Source: an uncultured Oscillospiraceae bacterium
Lineage (GTDB): Bacteria > Bacillota > Clostridia > Oscillospirales > Ruminococcaceae
DNA length: 64,000 nt
Direction: 5' to 3'
NCBI GenBank assembly: GCA_949745795.1
Contig: CATKAZ010000110.1
Location: 10,723-74,722, forward strand
This document shows, piece by piece, positions 29,922-39,643 of the stretch; positions within the stretch are counted from its first letter, which is position 1, and each line of letters starts with the position of its first letter. The notes under the pieces are model-generated. The model did no database searches. It was not told the origin of the DNA and saw nothing but the letters and a program-made list of their open reading frames with translations. A program made the position numbers and the translations under genes.

Positions 29922-31250
29922 ATGTTCAAAAAAGTAAAAAAAATACTGACCGGCATTATTGCGTCTGCAATGATTGTTTCATGTGCCGGATGCGGTACAG
30001 GAAAATCAACCGCTTATGCTCTTACTGTTGATGGCTATCAAGTCAAAGCAGGAATTTATATTTATTATCAGTATTCTGCTTTTCAGGAAGCTAAAAATCT
30101 TGCGGCAAAAGCTAATGAAAAGCTGGACGTTAATGATGAAAAGGCTCTCAAAAAAGCAAAAATTGATGGTAAAGACTTCTTACAATGGGTAGAAGATAAA
30201 GCAACAATCTCCTGTGCCGAACACGTTGCCGCTATTAAAAAGTTTGATGAAATGAAACTGACTCTTGATGAAGATGATATTGAGGCTATTGAAACCAACG
30301 CAGAAAGCTATTATGATGAAAATCCTGAAATGTTTGAAGATAACGGAATCGGTGAAGAATCATTAAAAGATATCATGGCAAATACTTATAAAGTTCAGAA
30401 AATTTTTGAATCACTTTACGGTGAAGACGGAACCGAAGGTGTGAAAAATGAAGATATTAAAAACTTTTACATTGAAAACAATGCCAGAGTAAAATATATT
30501 GGTCTGGATCTTCACGATTCACAAGGTAATGATCTTGATGAAACCGGTAAAAAAGAAATTAAAGACATGGCTGATGATTTCCTGAAAAGAGCAAAAAATG
30601 CCGATTCCACAGAAAAAATGCTCGATGAATTTGATGTTATGCAGGAAGAATATGATAAATATGTTGCAGATAAGGCAGCAGAAGCTGCTGGTGAAGAAAC
30701 AACGGAAGCAGTTACCGAAGCAGCCACTGAAGCCACTACAGAAGCCACAACTACCGAAATCACTACTGCTTCAACAGTTTCCGACAACAATGAAACTGAC
30801 GTAACAACCGCTAAAGAAGTTTCCTCATCTGAAACAACAACTACTTCTGTTTCAGAAAGCACAAATGAAGCCGAAACGACAACTAAGCCTTATGCAAACG
30901 AAACGATTATACCGGTTGTCACTACTAATGAAAATACAAAAGAAGAAGAGGTAAAATATACTCCTTCTAAAACATTCTATGACTGGGTTTATGATAAGGC
31001 TAAAACAGGTTCTCCGGAAATTGTTGAAGACGAAGATACACTTTATGTAGCAGTTAGACTTGACATAACAGAACGTATGACAGATGATGATTTGTGGAGT
31101 GAACAATCTATTGACAATACCAGATTTGATATGTTCTCCGATGATTTGCAGGATAAACTTGACGAATGGGTATCAGGATATAGTATAGATAAAAATAAAA
31201 AGGCTTATAAACGCTATGATCCATTTGATTTCAAAATGCCATCTGAATAA
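29922..31250 (+). CDS. Putative lipoprotein with a Thr/Glu/Ala-rich linker (possibly a SurA/PrsA-like chaperone N-domain)
   Basis: I chose the start at MFKKVKKILTGIIASAMIVSCAGCG (RBS AGGAG at 29910). It has a lipobox-like ...SCAGC and the low-complexity stretch TEAVTEAATEATTEATTTEITT. The function is not established. Confidence 0.5.
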   Translation: MFKKVKKILTGIIASAMIVSCAGCGTGKSTAYALTVDGYQVKAGIYIYYQYSAFQEAKNLAAKANEKLDVNDEKALKKAKIDGKDFLQWVEDKATISCAEHVAAIKKFDEMKLTLDEDDIEAIETNAESYYDENPEMFEDNGIGEESLKDIMANTYKVQKIFESLYGEDGTEGVKNEDIKNFYIENNARVKYIGLDLHDSQGNDLDETGKKEIKDMADDFLKRAKNADSTEKMLDEFDVMQEEYDKYVADKAAEAAGEETTEAVTEAATEATTEATTTEITTASTVSDNNETDVTTAKEVSSSETTTTSVSESTNEAETTTKPYANETIIPVVTTNENTKEEEVKYTPSKTFYDWVYDKAKTGSPEIVEDEDTLYVAVRLDITERMTDDDLWSEQSIDNTRFDMFSDDLQDKLDEWVSGYSIDKNKKAYKRYDPFDFKMPSE

Positions 31251-31257
31251 ACAATCT

Positions 31258-31286
31258 AAAGGGTAAGAAATTCTTACCCTTTTTAT
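31258..31286 (+). terminator. Intrinsic terminator
   Basis: GGGTAAG / CTTACCC stem followed by TTTTTAT. Confidence 0.75.
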
Positions 31287-31313
31287 ATATAATAAAAAGC
31301 GGAGGTAAAAAAT

Positions 31314-31985
31314 ATGACTGATTCAAATTATGAAAAAATCATTAAACTGAGGATCGAAAAAACAAAAAAAGCACTTGAAAAAAATAACATGCAGGTTTTT
31401 ATTGCCAACAATAAAAACGAAGTTCCAGATATTGTAAAAACACTGATAAACAAAGACGATCTTATAGGCAGCGGTGGTTCTATGTCTTTGTCACAATGCG
31501 GCATTATTGATTTACTGAGAACTTCTGATTATAATTTTCTGGATCGAGCAAATTATACACCGGAAAATATTCAGGAATTTTATATTAAATGTTTCAGTAC
31601 TGATGCTTATTTTACCAGTGCTAATGCTATTACCGAAAACGGCGAGCTTTATAATGTTGACGGAAACAGCAATAGAATCGCAGCTATAGCATTTGGTCCC
31701 AGATCAGTTATCGTTATAGCCGGCTGCAATAAAATTGTAAAAAATCTTGACGAAGCTATAAACCGTGTTAAATCTATAGCCGCACCCGCAAATACCGCTC
31801 GCCTGAATTGCAGTACATACTGCAATGAAAAGGGTGAATGTGCTGCATTCGGACAATCATGTCCCGGCATGACATCAGGATGCAGCAGTAATGACAGAAT
31901 ATGCTGCAATTTCCTTGTATCTGCACAGCAAAGACATAAAAACAGAATCAAAGTAATACTTGTCGCTGAACCTCTGGGGTACTAA
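31314..31985 (+). CDS. LUD-domain (LutC/YkgG-like) protein with a Cys-rich C-terminus
   Basis: 223 aa with IGSGGSMSL and a Rossmann-like LUD fold pattern. The C-terminus has CSTYCNEKGEC...CPGMTSGC...CC. The stop overlaps the next start (TAATG). Confidence 0.6.
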   Translation: MTDSNYEKIIKLRIEKTKKALEKNNMQVFIANNKNEVPDIVKTLINKDDLIGSGGSMSLSQCGIIDLLRTSDYNFLDRANYTPENIQEFYIKCFSTDAYFTSANAITENGELYNVDGNSNRIAAIAFGPRSVIVIAGCNKIVKNLDEAINRVKSIAAPANTARLNCSTYCNEKGECAAFGQSCPGMTSGCSSNDRICCNFLVSAQQRHKNRIKVILVAEPLGY

Positions 31986-32872
31986 TGGAATACATTAATG
32001 CGAAAACTATTCTTACTAAATGTAAAAGTACAGAATGGTTCGGAACCGATTACAACATGAATATTTACCGTGGGTGCTGTCATGGATGCATTTATTGCGA
32101 CAGCCGCAGCGAATGCTACAAAATAGATAATTTTGATAATATCAAAGCGAAAAAGGATGTTCTGCTTCTTCTTCGCAACGAACTCAAAAGAAAAGTACGG
32201 TCCGGCGTTATAGGAACAGGCGCTATGAGCGATCCTTATAACCCTTTTGAAATGGAACTTCAGCTTACAAGGCACAGCCTTGAACTGATTGATGCTTTCA
32301 ATTTCGGTATTTCAATTGTTACCAAAAGTGCTCTTTTAACAAGAGATTCTGATATCCTGCAAAGTATAAATGAGCACTCCCCCGTTATCTGTAAGCTTAC
32401 AATAACAACTGCCGATGACAATCTTTGCAGAAAAATCGAACCAAATGTATCACTTTCAAGTGAACGATTTGAAGCTATACGTACACTCAGCAGTCAGGGT
32501 ATCTTTTCCGGAGTTATTCTTATGCCTGTTCTTCCCTTTATTGAGGACAATGAAGAAAACATTTTAAATATTATTCATAAAACGGCAGAATGCGGCGGAA
32601 AATTTATATACCCTTCATTCGGAGTTACACTTCGTCAGAATCAGAGAGAATATTTTCTCAATAAATTAGATGAAACATTTCCGAAGGATAATTTACGTGA
32701 AAAATATATCAAGACTTATGGTAATTCTTATAATTGTATAAGCCGCAATGTAAGTAACCTATGGAAAATTTTTGAATCCGAATGCCAAAAATACGGTATT
32801 ATTTACAAAATGAAGGATATAATTTTTGCTTATAAAATAGGTTATGAAATGAGTCAGCTGCGTTTTTTCTGA
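31985..32872 (+). CDS. Radical SAM protein, SPL/DNA-photolyase-like family (COG1533-type)
   Basis: 295 aa with NIYRGCCHGCIYCDSR containing CxxxCxxC. The N-terminus is typical of the family (INAKTILTK...). Confidence 0.75.
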   Translation: MEYINAKTILTKCKSTEWFGTDYNMNIYRGCCHGCIYCDSRSECYKIDNFDNIKAKKDVLLLLRNELKRKVRSGVIGTGAMSDPYNPFEMELQLTRHSLELIDAFNFGISIVTKSALLTRDSDILQSINEHSPVICKLTITTADDNLCRKIEPNVSLSSERFEAIRTLSSQGIFSGVILMPVLPFIEDNEENILNIIHKTAECGGKFIYPSFGVTLRQNQREYFLNKLDETFPKDNLREKYIKTYGNSYNCISRNVSNLWKIFESECQKYGIIYKMKDIIFAYKIGYEMSQLRFF

Positions 32873-32878
32873 TAAAAT

Positions 32879-32912
32879 AGGAGGACAATTTTAATGTCCT
32901 CTTTTATTTTTA
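32879..32912 (+). terminator. Intrinsic terminator
   Basis: AGGAGGACA / TGTCCTCTT stem followed by TTTATTTTT. Confidence 0.7.
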
Positions 32913-32982
32913 TTAACTCTACGAAACGTTTATTGTAATTAAGCTTATCAACTGTTATAATATTATCAGGGGTGAAAAATAT

Positions 32983-33567
32983 ATGAATATTACTCAAATC
33001 GGAAATCTTATTTATACACTGAGAAAAGAAAAAAATCTTACACAATTACAGTTAGCTAAACGTATGAATATAAGCGATAAAACTGTTTCAAAATGGGAAC
33101 GAGGATTAGGCTGTCCGGACATATCGCTCCTTCCAGAGCTTGCAGAAATTTTGGAAATTAATATCGAAGAACTGCTGTCCGGCAAACTGGATATGAATGA
33201 TATCACAGGAGGAAATATGAAAAATACTAAATTTTATATCTGCCCGCAATGCGGAAATTTAATAACTACTTCGGAAGATGCTGCCATATCATGCTGTGGA
33301 AAAAAACTGTCATTTACAGAACCTATCAAAGCAAACGATGCTGAAAAGCTTAACGTAGAAATTATTGAAAACGATTATTTTATTACATCTCACCATGAAA
33401 TGACAAAAGAACATTATATCTCATTTACCGCACTTTTAACCGGAGATAGTTTAATACTGAAAAAACAATATCCGGAATGGAATTTGCAATCACGCTTTCC
33501 GGCTTTAACTCATGGAAAACTGATATGGTACTGTACAAAGCATGGTCTGTTTTACCAGCTTATTTAA
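32983..33567 (+). CDS. XRE-family HTH regulator fused to a desulfoferrodoxin-like (Dx + SOR-like) metal-binding domain
   Basis: Residues 1-66 form an HTH_3 domain (LRKEKNLTQLQLAKRMNISDKTVSKWERG). Next comes FYICPQCGN...SCCGKKL (a desulforedoxin-type Cys4 site), then HHEMTKEHYISF and YCTKHG, which resemble the SOR centre-II His/Cys ligand blocks. Confidence 0.65.
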   Translation: MNITQIGNLIYTLRKEKNLTQLQLAKRMNISDKTVSKWERGLGCPDISLLPELAEILEINIEELLSGKLDMNDITGGNMKNTKFYICPQCGNLITTSEDAAISCCGKKLSFTEPIKANDAEKLNVEIIENDYFITSHHEMTKEHYISFTALLTGDSLILKKQYPEWNLQSRFPALTHGKLIWYCTKHGLFYQLI

Positions 33568-33652
33568 ATGAATTATAATATCTTCTTGATTAATTGACTT
33601 TAATTACCTTTTGTGATATAATATTAAAAGTTTAATAAAAAGGAGATTTTAT

Positions 33653-35794
33653 ATGAAAGCAAAGGCTTTATTAATGAAAAGAATCCTAGCAGCATTTACT
33701 TCCTCTATGATTCTTACTGCCGCAGCAACCGGATGCAATAAAGATTCAAATGATGTAAAGAAAACTGAAAAGGGTCTTTTCGGCAATGATTCGTCATCAA
33801 GCGAAGTTTCCGGTAATAATATTACCCCTTCAGGCGAAAATGGCATTATAAATAATCTTGATACACTGGAATCAACCGGTAACGTTTACAGCCAAACCAT
33901 TATGGTTTACATGGTCGGCTCTGATTTGGAATCCGAATATGGTAATGCTACTCTTGATTTGCAAGAAATGCAGGATGCTATGCCGGACGTTGAAAACAAT
34001 AATATAATCGTTTATACAGGCGGTGCGTCCAAATGGCAGACTCCTGGTATTGATGCTGATGAAAATACTATATTAAAATTAGAAGCAAATGGATTTACAA
34101 AGGTTTCTTCTACAGAATCCAAAAACATGGGTGAATCGGAAACTTTAAGCGAATTCATTTCATACGGTCTTGAAAATTATGATACTGACAAATATGGTCT
34201 GGTTCTTTGGAATCACGGTGCAGGTCCGGTATTCGGTTTCGGAGTAGATGAAAATTACAATGATTTGCTTTCTCTTACTGAAATGCAGTCCGCACTGGAA
34301 AATTCAGTCGGAAATTCCGATAAAACACTTGAATGGATTGGATTTGACGCTTGCCTAATGAGTTCTCTTGAAGTAGCAGACGTATTCTCTGACTATTCCA
34401 ACTATCTTATCTCATCTCAGGAAACCGAACCCGGTTGGGGTTGGAATTATGCTTTCCTTTCTTCACTTTCAGAGCCTGATATGGACGGCGCCAGACTGGG
34501 ACAAAAAATAATAGATTCATATATGGAATTCGGTGAAGCTGTATTTGCAGAATATCCAAAACTTTATTCAGATCTGACATTATCATGCTTAGATTTGAAT
34601 AAATATCAATCTGCCGAAGATGAGCTTAATGTATTTTTTGAACAAATGAACGGAACTCTTGACAGCAGTACCTTCCCTGAAGCTGTCAGAAACCGTGATA
34701 ATGTAAAAGATTTCGGTACATACAGCTCGGATTTTAATTACAGTCTTGTAGATGTAACAAATCTTCTTGAACTTCTGTCAGCTGACGCTGATGCTTCGGC
34801 AAGTGATGCCATATCGGCAATTAATGATATGATCATGTATATGCGTACTAATGTTTCAAACGCAGGAGGCGTTTCGATTTGCTATCCCTATCAAACTGAA
34901 AGTGAATATGCGGAATACTGTATAGCAATGCAGGAAAGTCTTGATTTTTCCTCAGGATATACTAGCTTTTTAAAAAATTTCAACTCTATAAAAAACGGTG
35001 AGCAAATCGCAGATGAATGGACCGTTGAAGAAGCGGAAACTAACGTTGAACAAGTTACTCATGAAAACGGTGAGCAAAATGGCAGCGATATTTCTCTGGC
35101 ATTATCAAAAGAACAGCAGCAAAATTTCGGAACAGCGGCATATTATATTCTATGTAAGGCCGAAGCAGGCGGTTTTATTGAATCCGGAGAAGATGAACGT
35201 GCTGAAGACATGTATGTATTTATCCATGGCGGAAAAAATGTAAAAATGGATGAAAACGGAGTTCTTCATGCATATTACAGTGATAACGTTGTATACATGA
35301 AGGATAAAAAAACCGGTGAACGTTCCGGAACTCCAATGGTTTTGATTGATAATGATTCATCATCAGAAGAAAAAAGATATCTTACCTCTGTTACGCTGAC
35401 AAAAACAGATGACGGATTTGATACAACAGGCGCCAACCTCCAGATTGTTGTAGATAAAGAATACCCTAACGGAATAATAAGAAACGCTGTTCCTATTTCA
35501 TCTGACGATGAAGAAGTTCGACGTGCAAACAAACAACTGCTTGATATTGATGATTACAATATCATGTCCGTTATCGGCAGATGTAGTTACCTTACAAGAG
35601 ATGAGAACAACAAAATTCTCCCGTTCTTTGAATGGGAAAAATCTGGTATGCTAATGGGTTTTGAACAGGATCTTAAATCCGGATACGAATTGGAAGTAAC
35701 CCCAATAGAAAATCCCGAAAATTATGTATGCATGTTTATTGTTACTGATTCTCAGGGAAATTCAACAGTTTCAGAACTTATTCCTCTTGGATAA
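33653..35794 (+). CDS. Clostripain-family (peptidase C11) lipoprotein
   Basis: 713 aa with the signal and lipobox ...LTAAATGC. The catalytic His block is LVLWNHGAGP and the Cys block is WIGFDACLMSS. Confidence 0.8.
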   Translation: MKAKALLMKRILAAFTSSMILTAAATGCNKDSNDVKKTEKGLFGNDSSSSEVSGNNITPSGENGIINNLDTLESTGNVYSQTIMVYMVGSDLESEYGNATLDLQEMQDAMPDVENNNIIVYTGGASKWQTPGIDADENTILKLEANGFTKVSSTESKNMGESETLSEFISYGLENYDTDKYGLVLWNHGAGPVFGFGVDENYNDLLSLTEMQSALENSVGNSDKTLEWIGFDACLMSSLEVADVFSDYSNYLISSQETEPGWGWNYAFLSSLSEPDMDGARLGQKIIDSYMEFGEAVFAEYPKLYSDLTLSCLDLNKYQSAEDELNVFFEQMNGTLDSSTFPEAVRNRDNVKDFGTYSSDFNYSLVDVTNLLELLSADADASASDAISAINDMIMYMRTNVSNAGGVSICYPYQTESEYAEYCIAMQESLDFSSGYTSFLKNFNSIKNGEQIADEWTVEEAETNVEQVTHENGEQNGSDISLALSKEQQQNFGTAAYYILCKAEAGGFIESGEDERAEDMYVFIHGGKNVKMDENGVLHAYYSDNVVYMKDKKTGERSGTPMVLIDNDSSSEEKRYLTSVTLTKTDDGFDTTGANLQIVVDKEYPNGIIRNAVPISSDDEEVRRANKQLLDIDDYNIMSVIGRCSYLTRDENNKILPFFEWEKSGMLMGFEQDLKSGYELEVTPIENPENYVCMFIVTDSQGNSTVSELIPLG

Positions 35795-35799
35795 TTTTA

Positions 35800-35828
35800 A
35801 AGACTCCGTTTGATACGGAGTCTTTTTT
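35800..35828 (+). terminator. Intrinsic terminator after the C11 peptidase gene
   Basis: AGACTCCGT / ACGGAGTCT stem followed by TTTTTT. Confidence 0.8.
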
Positions 35829-35838
35829 ATACAAACAA

Positions 35839-35867
35839 CAAAAAAGCGAACAATAAACTGTTCGCTT
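35839..35867 (-). terminator. Intrinsic terminator after rplA
   Basis: On the minus strand, AAGCGAACA / TGTTCGCTT stem followed by TTTTTTG. Confidence 0.75.
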
Positions 35868-35887
35868 TTATAAACATCAATATTAAA

Positions 35888-36583
35888 TTAAACGCCGAAC
35901 TTAGCAGTTGAAACCGGAACGCCCACGCCCATAGTAGATGTTACTGTACAGGACTTAATATAAGTTCCCTTAGCAGCAGCCGGTTTAGCCTTAACAACAG
36001 CTTCCATAAGTGTTGAAAAGTTTTCGTCAAGCTTAGCAGAACCAAATGATGCTTTACCGATTGGACAATGAATAATATTTGTTTTGTCAAGACGGTATTC
36101 AATTTTACCTGCCTTAGCTTCTGTTACAGCCTTAGCTACATCAGGAGTTACTGTACCTGCCTTAGGATTCGGCATAAGTCCTCTAGGACCAAGCACCTTA
36201 CCAAGACGGCCAACAAGACCCATCATATCAGGAGAAGCAACAACAACATCAAAATCCATCCAGTTTTCTTTCATGATCTTGTCTACTAAATCCATACCGC
36301 CTACAAATTCAGCGCCGGCTTCCTTAGCAGCATCATACTTATCTTCTTTACAGAAAACGCATACTCTTACATTTTTACCTGTACCGTTAGGAAGAACAAC
36401 TGCGCCTCTTACCTGCTGGTCGGCATGTCTTGAGTCAACACCAAGACGGATATGCGCTTCAATTGTTTCGTCAAATTTAGCCTTTGCATTCTTGCAAACC
36501 AAATCAAGAGCTTCAGCAGCGTCATACTGCTTTGTGCTGTCAACAGCTTTAGCGCTGTCCATATATTTCTTACCGTGTTTCAT
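35888..36583 (-). CDS. rplA: 50S ribosomal protein L1
   Basis: 231 aa with MKHGKKY...[14 protein letters not shown]...[13 protein letters not shown]. Confidence 0.95.
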   Translation of the reverse strand: MKHGKKYMDSAKAVDSTKQYDAAEALDLVCKNAKAKFDETIEAHIRLGVDSRHADQQVRGAVVLPNGTGKNVRVCVFCKEDKYDAAKEAGAEFVGGMDLVDKIMKENWMDFDVVVASPDMMGLVGRLGKVLGPRGLMPNPKAGTVTPDVAKAVTEAKAGKIEYRLDKTNIIHCPIGKASFGSAKLDENFSTLMEAVVKAKPAAAKGTYIKSCTVTSTMGVGVPVSTAKFGV

Positions 36584-36706
36584 TATAAATCCTCCATTTA
36601 AAGTGGTAATACCGAATAGCTTGAACGCTTATCCGGTTAGCGGAATTTTCCTCCCACCATTTTAGAAGACGGTAAAGTTTAACAACTTTTCGTCATCCGT
36701 CAAGTA

Positions 36707-37132
36707 TTAATCAACTACAACAATACCCATTGAACGAGCTGTTCCTGCGATCATGCTCATAGCAGCTTCCAGAGAACCAGCATTTAAGTCAGGCATTTTC
36801 TGTTCAGCAATTTTCTGAACCTGTTCTTTTGTTATATTTGCAACCTTGTTCTTATTTGGAACGCCGGATGCTGTTTCAATACCGCAAGCCTTCTTGATAA
36901 GAACTGCTGCCGGCGGTGTCTTTGTAATGAATGAGAATGAACGGTCTGCATAAACTGTAATAACTACAGGGATAATCATACCGATATCGTTCTTTGTTCT
37001 TTCATTAAATTCTTTTGTGAACGCCATAATATTAACACCGTGCTGACCTAACGCAGGACCAACCGGCGGAGCAGGTGTTGCCTTACCTGCTGGAATCTGA
37101 AGCTTTATATAGCCGACTACTTTCTGTGCCAT
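36707..37132 (-). CDS. rplK: 50S ribosomal protein L11
   Basis: 141 aa with [27 protein letters not shown]. Confidence 0.95.
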   Translation of the reverse strand: MAQKVVGYIKLQIPAGKATPAPPVGPALGQHGVNIMAFTKEFNERTKNDIGMIIPVVITVYADRSFSFITKTPPAAVLIKKACGIETASGVPNKNKVANITKEQVQKIAEQKMPDLNAGSLEAAMSMIAGTARSMGIVVVD

Positions 37133-37220
37133 GCTTTTCGCACCTCCATAATTGTGGTAACACCGAGATAATGAAAAATTTTTATCTCTCCCACTTTAAG
37201 CAATTGCATAGTTTTTTATT

Positions 37221-37745
37221 TTAATCATCAAGCCTTCTGATCTGATTAAGAGCCAGAGTTGCCTGAGTGTCACGACCGAACATTGACACCAAAACGTCAA
37301 CAGTTCCGTCTTCAATATTAATTTTCTGGACTATTCCGATAAATCCGTCCATAGCGGTTCCGTTTACCTGAACCTGATCGCCTATTTCAAAGTCAACCTG
37401 AACGGAATTGATTTCAACCCCCAGCGCCTTAACTTCTTCTTCTGAAAGCGGCGTAGGTTCCGATGCGGGTCCGACAAAACCGGTAACGCCTCTGGTATTT
37501 CTTACAACATACCAAGAATCATCGGTATAAACCATTTTCAGCAAAACATAGCCGGGATAAGTTTTTCTTTCCACCTCTTTAGTTTTGCCGTCGGTAATTT
37601 CAGTTACCTTTTCAGTAGGAACCTTTACTTCAAGGATAAGATCATGAAGCTTTCTGTTTTCCACAACTCTTTCAATATTCTCCGCAACTTTATTTTCATA
37701 GCCGGAATATGTGTGAACTACATACCATTTAGCTGCTTCTGACAT
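37221..37745 (-). CDS. nusG: Transcription termination/antitermination factor NusG
   Basis: 174 aa with KWYVVHTYSGYENKV (NGN domain) and a C-terminal KOW domain. Confidence 0.93.
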   Translation of the reverse strand: MSEAAKWYVVHTYSGYENKVAENIERVVENRKLHDLILEVKVPTEKVTEITDGKTKEVERKTYPGYVLLKMVYTDDSWYVVRNTRGVTGFVGPASEPTPLSEEEVKALGVEINSVQVDFEIGDQVQVNGTAMDGFIGIVQKINIEDGTVDVLVSMFGRDTQATLALNQIRRLDD

Positions 37746-37777
37746 TAAAAATCCTCCTTATAAGTACCGGTTTAGCA

Positions 37778-38032
37778 TTATCTGAGATCCAGCACAAAGC
37801 TGAACAACTTGAGCAGACCAAAATCAAGTCCCCCAACGAATACGCTTGCAATTACCATTACAATCAGAACAACAAGTGTATTATTTAAAACTTTTTTTCT
37901 GCTTGGCCATACTACTTTTTTAAATTCGCTTTTCAAGTCCCTGAACCATTTAACTATTCTGTTAGGTTTTTTCTTTTTGGACTTGTCCGAGGTCTTTTTT
38001 TCTTTTGTCTTTGATTCTTTTGACATATCCAA
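37778..38032 (-). CDS. secE: Preprotein translocase subunit SecE
   Basis: Lys-rich N-terminus, SEFKKVVWPSRKKV motif and a single TM helix. The start may be the second Met. Confidence 0.88.
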   Translation of the reverse strand: MDMSKESKTKEKKTSDKSKKKKPNRIVKWFRDLKSEFKKVVWPSRKKVLNNTLVVLIVMVIASVFVGGLDFGLLKLFSFVLDLR

Positions 38033-38040
38033 GACCTCCG

Positions 38041-38190
38041 TTACTTTGTTTCTCTGTGAAGAGTGTGTTTCTTACAGAACTTGCAATGCTTGTTCATTTC
38101 AAGTCTGTCAGGATCATTCTTCTTATTTTTCTTCGTACAATAATTGCGCTGCTTGCATTCTGTACAAGCTAAAGTCACCTTTACTCTCAT
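38041..38190 (-). CDS. rpmG: 50S ribosomal protein L33
   Basis: 49 aa: [60 protein letters not shown] lies upstream. The ORF-track start at 38280 is too long. Confidence 0.9.
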   Translation of the reverse strand: MRVKVTLACTECKQRNYCTKKNKKNDPDRLEMNKHCKFCKKHTLHRETK

Positions 38191-38309
38191 ATCGGCACCT
38201 CCTGACGAAATTCTTCTGTAAACATTACAGAATATTGAATAGTTTGCCTCCCTCAGGTTAGGGAAATATTCATAAAACAAAAAAATAAACCCCTAAAAGA
38301 GGTATTAAT

Positions 38310-38338
38310 ATTATATCATGCAAAAATGTAAAAGTCAA
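38310..38338 (-). promoter_or_regulatory. Sigma-A type promoter for rpmG-secE-nusG
   Basis: On the minus strand, TTGACT (38338-38333), a 17-nt spacer and TATAAT (38315-38310). Confidence 0.6.
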
Positions 38339-38537
38339 GTGTTTTATGAATAAATTTCCGGAATGTTTTTTGGAATATGGCAATATAATAGTATAAACTA
38401 TAAAAAAATAAAGTCTGTATATAAATTTTATAGATTTGATGTAAAAAATACTTGAAGTTTTTTGTGAAATATGTTAAAATGTATTGATACATAAGTTGAT
38501 TTTCTCATAATCAATGGACATTAAAGGAGATGTAAAC

Positions 38538-39611
38538 ATGTCAAAAACCAAAGTTGTAGTTATTTTCGGAGGCGCATCTAGCGAACATGATATTTCTTTA
38601 GTTTCCGCAACTAACGTTATTGAAAATATGCCGAAGGATAAATACGAGGCCATATGCATCGGAATTACTAAAAAAGGCCGCTGGCTTTACTATCCCGGAG
38701 ATGTCAGCAACATTGCTTCAGGAGAATGGGAAAAAGATCCGGACTGTGCTTCGGCAGTTATTTCTCCTGACCCTCTTCACAAAGGAATTATTACTATTGA
38801 AAACGGAGAAGCTTCAATTAAAAAAGTAGATGTTGTCTTTCCGGTTCTTCACGGCAAAAACGGCGAGGACGGTACTATACAGGGACTGCTCGATATGTCC
38901 AGAATCCCTTATGTAGGCTGCGGACTGTTAGCGTCGGCTTCCTGCATGGATAAAGCTCATACCCATTCCATTTTGGATTATAATAATATCAGAACTGCCA
39001 AATGGAGAATGCTTACTCACAGAAATCTTAATTATCTTGATAAAGAATGCGAAGATATTGCCGATGACTTAGGTTTTCCGCTGTTCGTAAAGCCTGCAAA
39101 CTGCGGTTCCTCTATAGGAATAAATAAAGCAGAAGATTTTGATTCCCTGAAGGAAGCCGTAAAAATCGCATTTTCTCATGATAATAAAGTTATTATCGAA
39201 GAATTTATCAAAGGTCAGGAACTTGAAGTAGCCGTTTTCGGATACGATTCTCCTTTTGCGTCATTTATCGGCGAAATCGGAAAGAGCAATGACTTCTATG
39301 ACTATGAATCAAAATATATAAATAATTCGGTAAATCTTATTATCCCCGCAAAAATCCCCGATGAAAGCGCTAAGGAAATAAGACAAATTGCTGTTGACGC
39401 ATACAAGGCTATGGGCTGTAAGGGACTTTCAAGAGTTGATTTCTTCCTTACAGATAAAAATGAAATAATTCTTAATGAAATCAATACCATGCCGGGATTC
39501 ACTCCCATCAGCATGTACCCTAAGCTTATGGAAAATTTAGGCATGACATACAGCTATCTTATCGACAAGCTTATTGAACAGGCTATTGATAATGCGGACA
39601 GAAATTATTAA
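38538..39611 (+). CDS. ddl: D-alanine--D-alanine ligase
   Basis: The start MSKTKVVVIFGG follows RBS AAAGGAG. It has HGKNGEDGTIQGLLD and an ATP-grasp body ending EINTMPGFT. Confidence 0.92.
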   Translation: MSKTKVVVIFGGASSEHDISLVSATNVIENMPKDKYEAICIGITKKGRWLYYPGDVSNIASGEWEKDPDCASAVISPDPLHKGIITIENGEASIKKVDVVFPVLHGKNGEDGTIQGLLDMSRIPYVGCGLLASASCMDKAHTHSILDYNNIRTAKWRMLTHRNLNYLDKECEDIADDLGFPLFVKPANCGSSIGINKAEDFDSLKEAVKIAFSHDNKVIIEEFIKGQELEVAVFGYDSPFASFIGEIGKSNDFYDYESKYINNSVNLIIPAKIPDESAKEIRQIAVDAYKAMGCKGLSRVDFFLTDKNEIILNEINTMPGFTPISMYPKLMENLGMTYSYLIDKLIEQAIDNADRNY

Positions 39612-39643
39612 AATTCTCATATTCTTATTACCGGAGGAACACT

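Noticed and set aside
30672-30890. Repetitive ACnGAAGCn codon repeats (TEA/TTE), considered as a mobile or repeat element
   Set aside because: They are in frame within a lipoprotein ORF and encode a Thr/Glu/Ala linker. This is a low-complexity coding region, not an independent repeat element.
36084-36665. 193-aa ORF antisense to rplA
   Set aside because: It mirrors a highly expressed ribosomal protein gene and extends across the rplA start and spacer. The composition is Ser/Thr/Ala/Pro-rich with no domain signature.
38281-38537. A 257-nt intergenic region and other gaps over 150 nt (497-803, 25830-25980, 27462-27707, 60221-60385), checked for tRNA or small structured RNA genes
   Set aside because: They are very AT-rich and contain recognisable divergent promoters. 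No cloverleaf-compatible or GC-rich stem architecture is visible.
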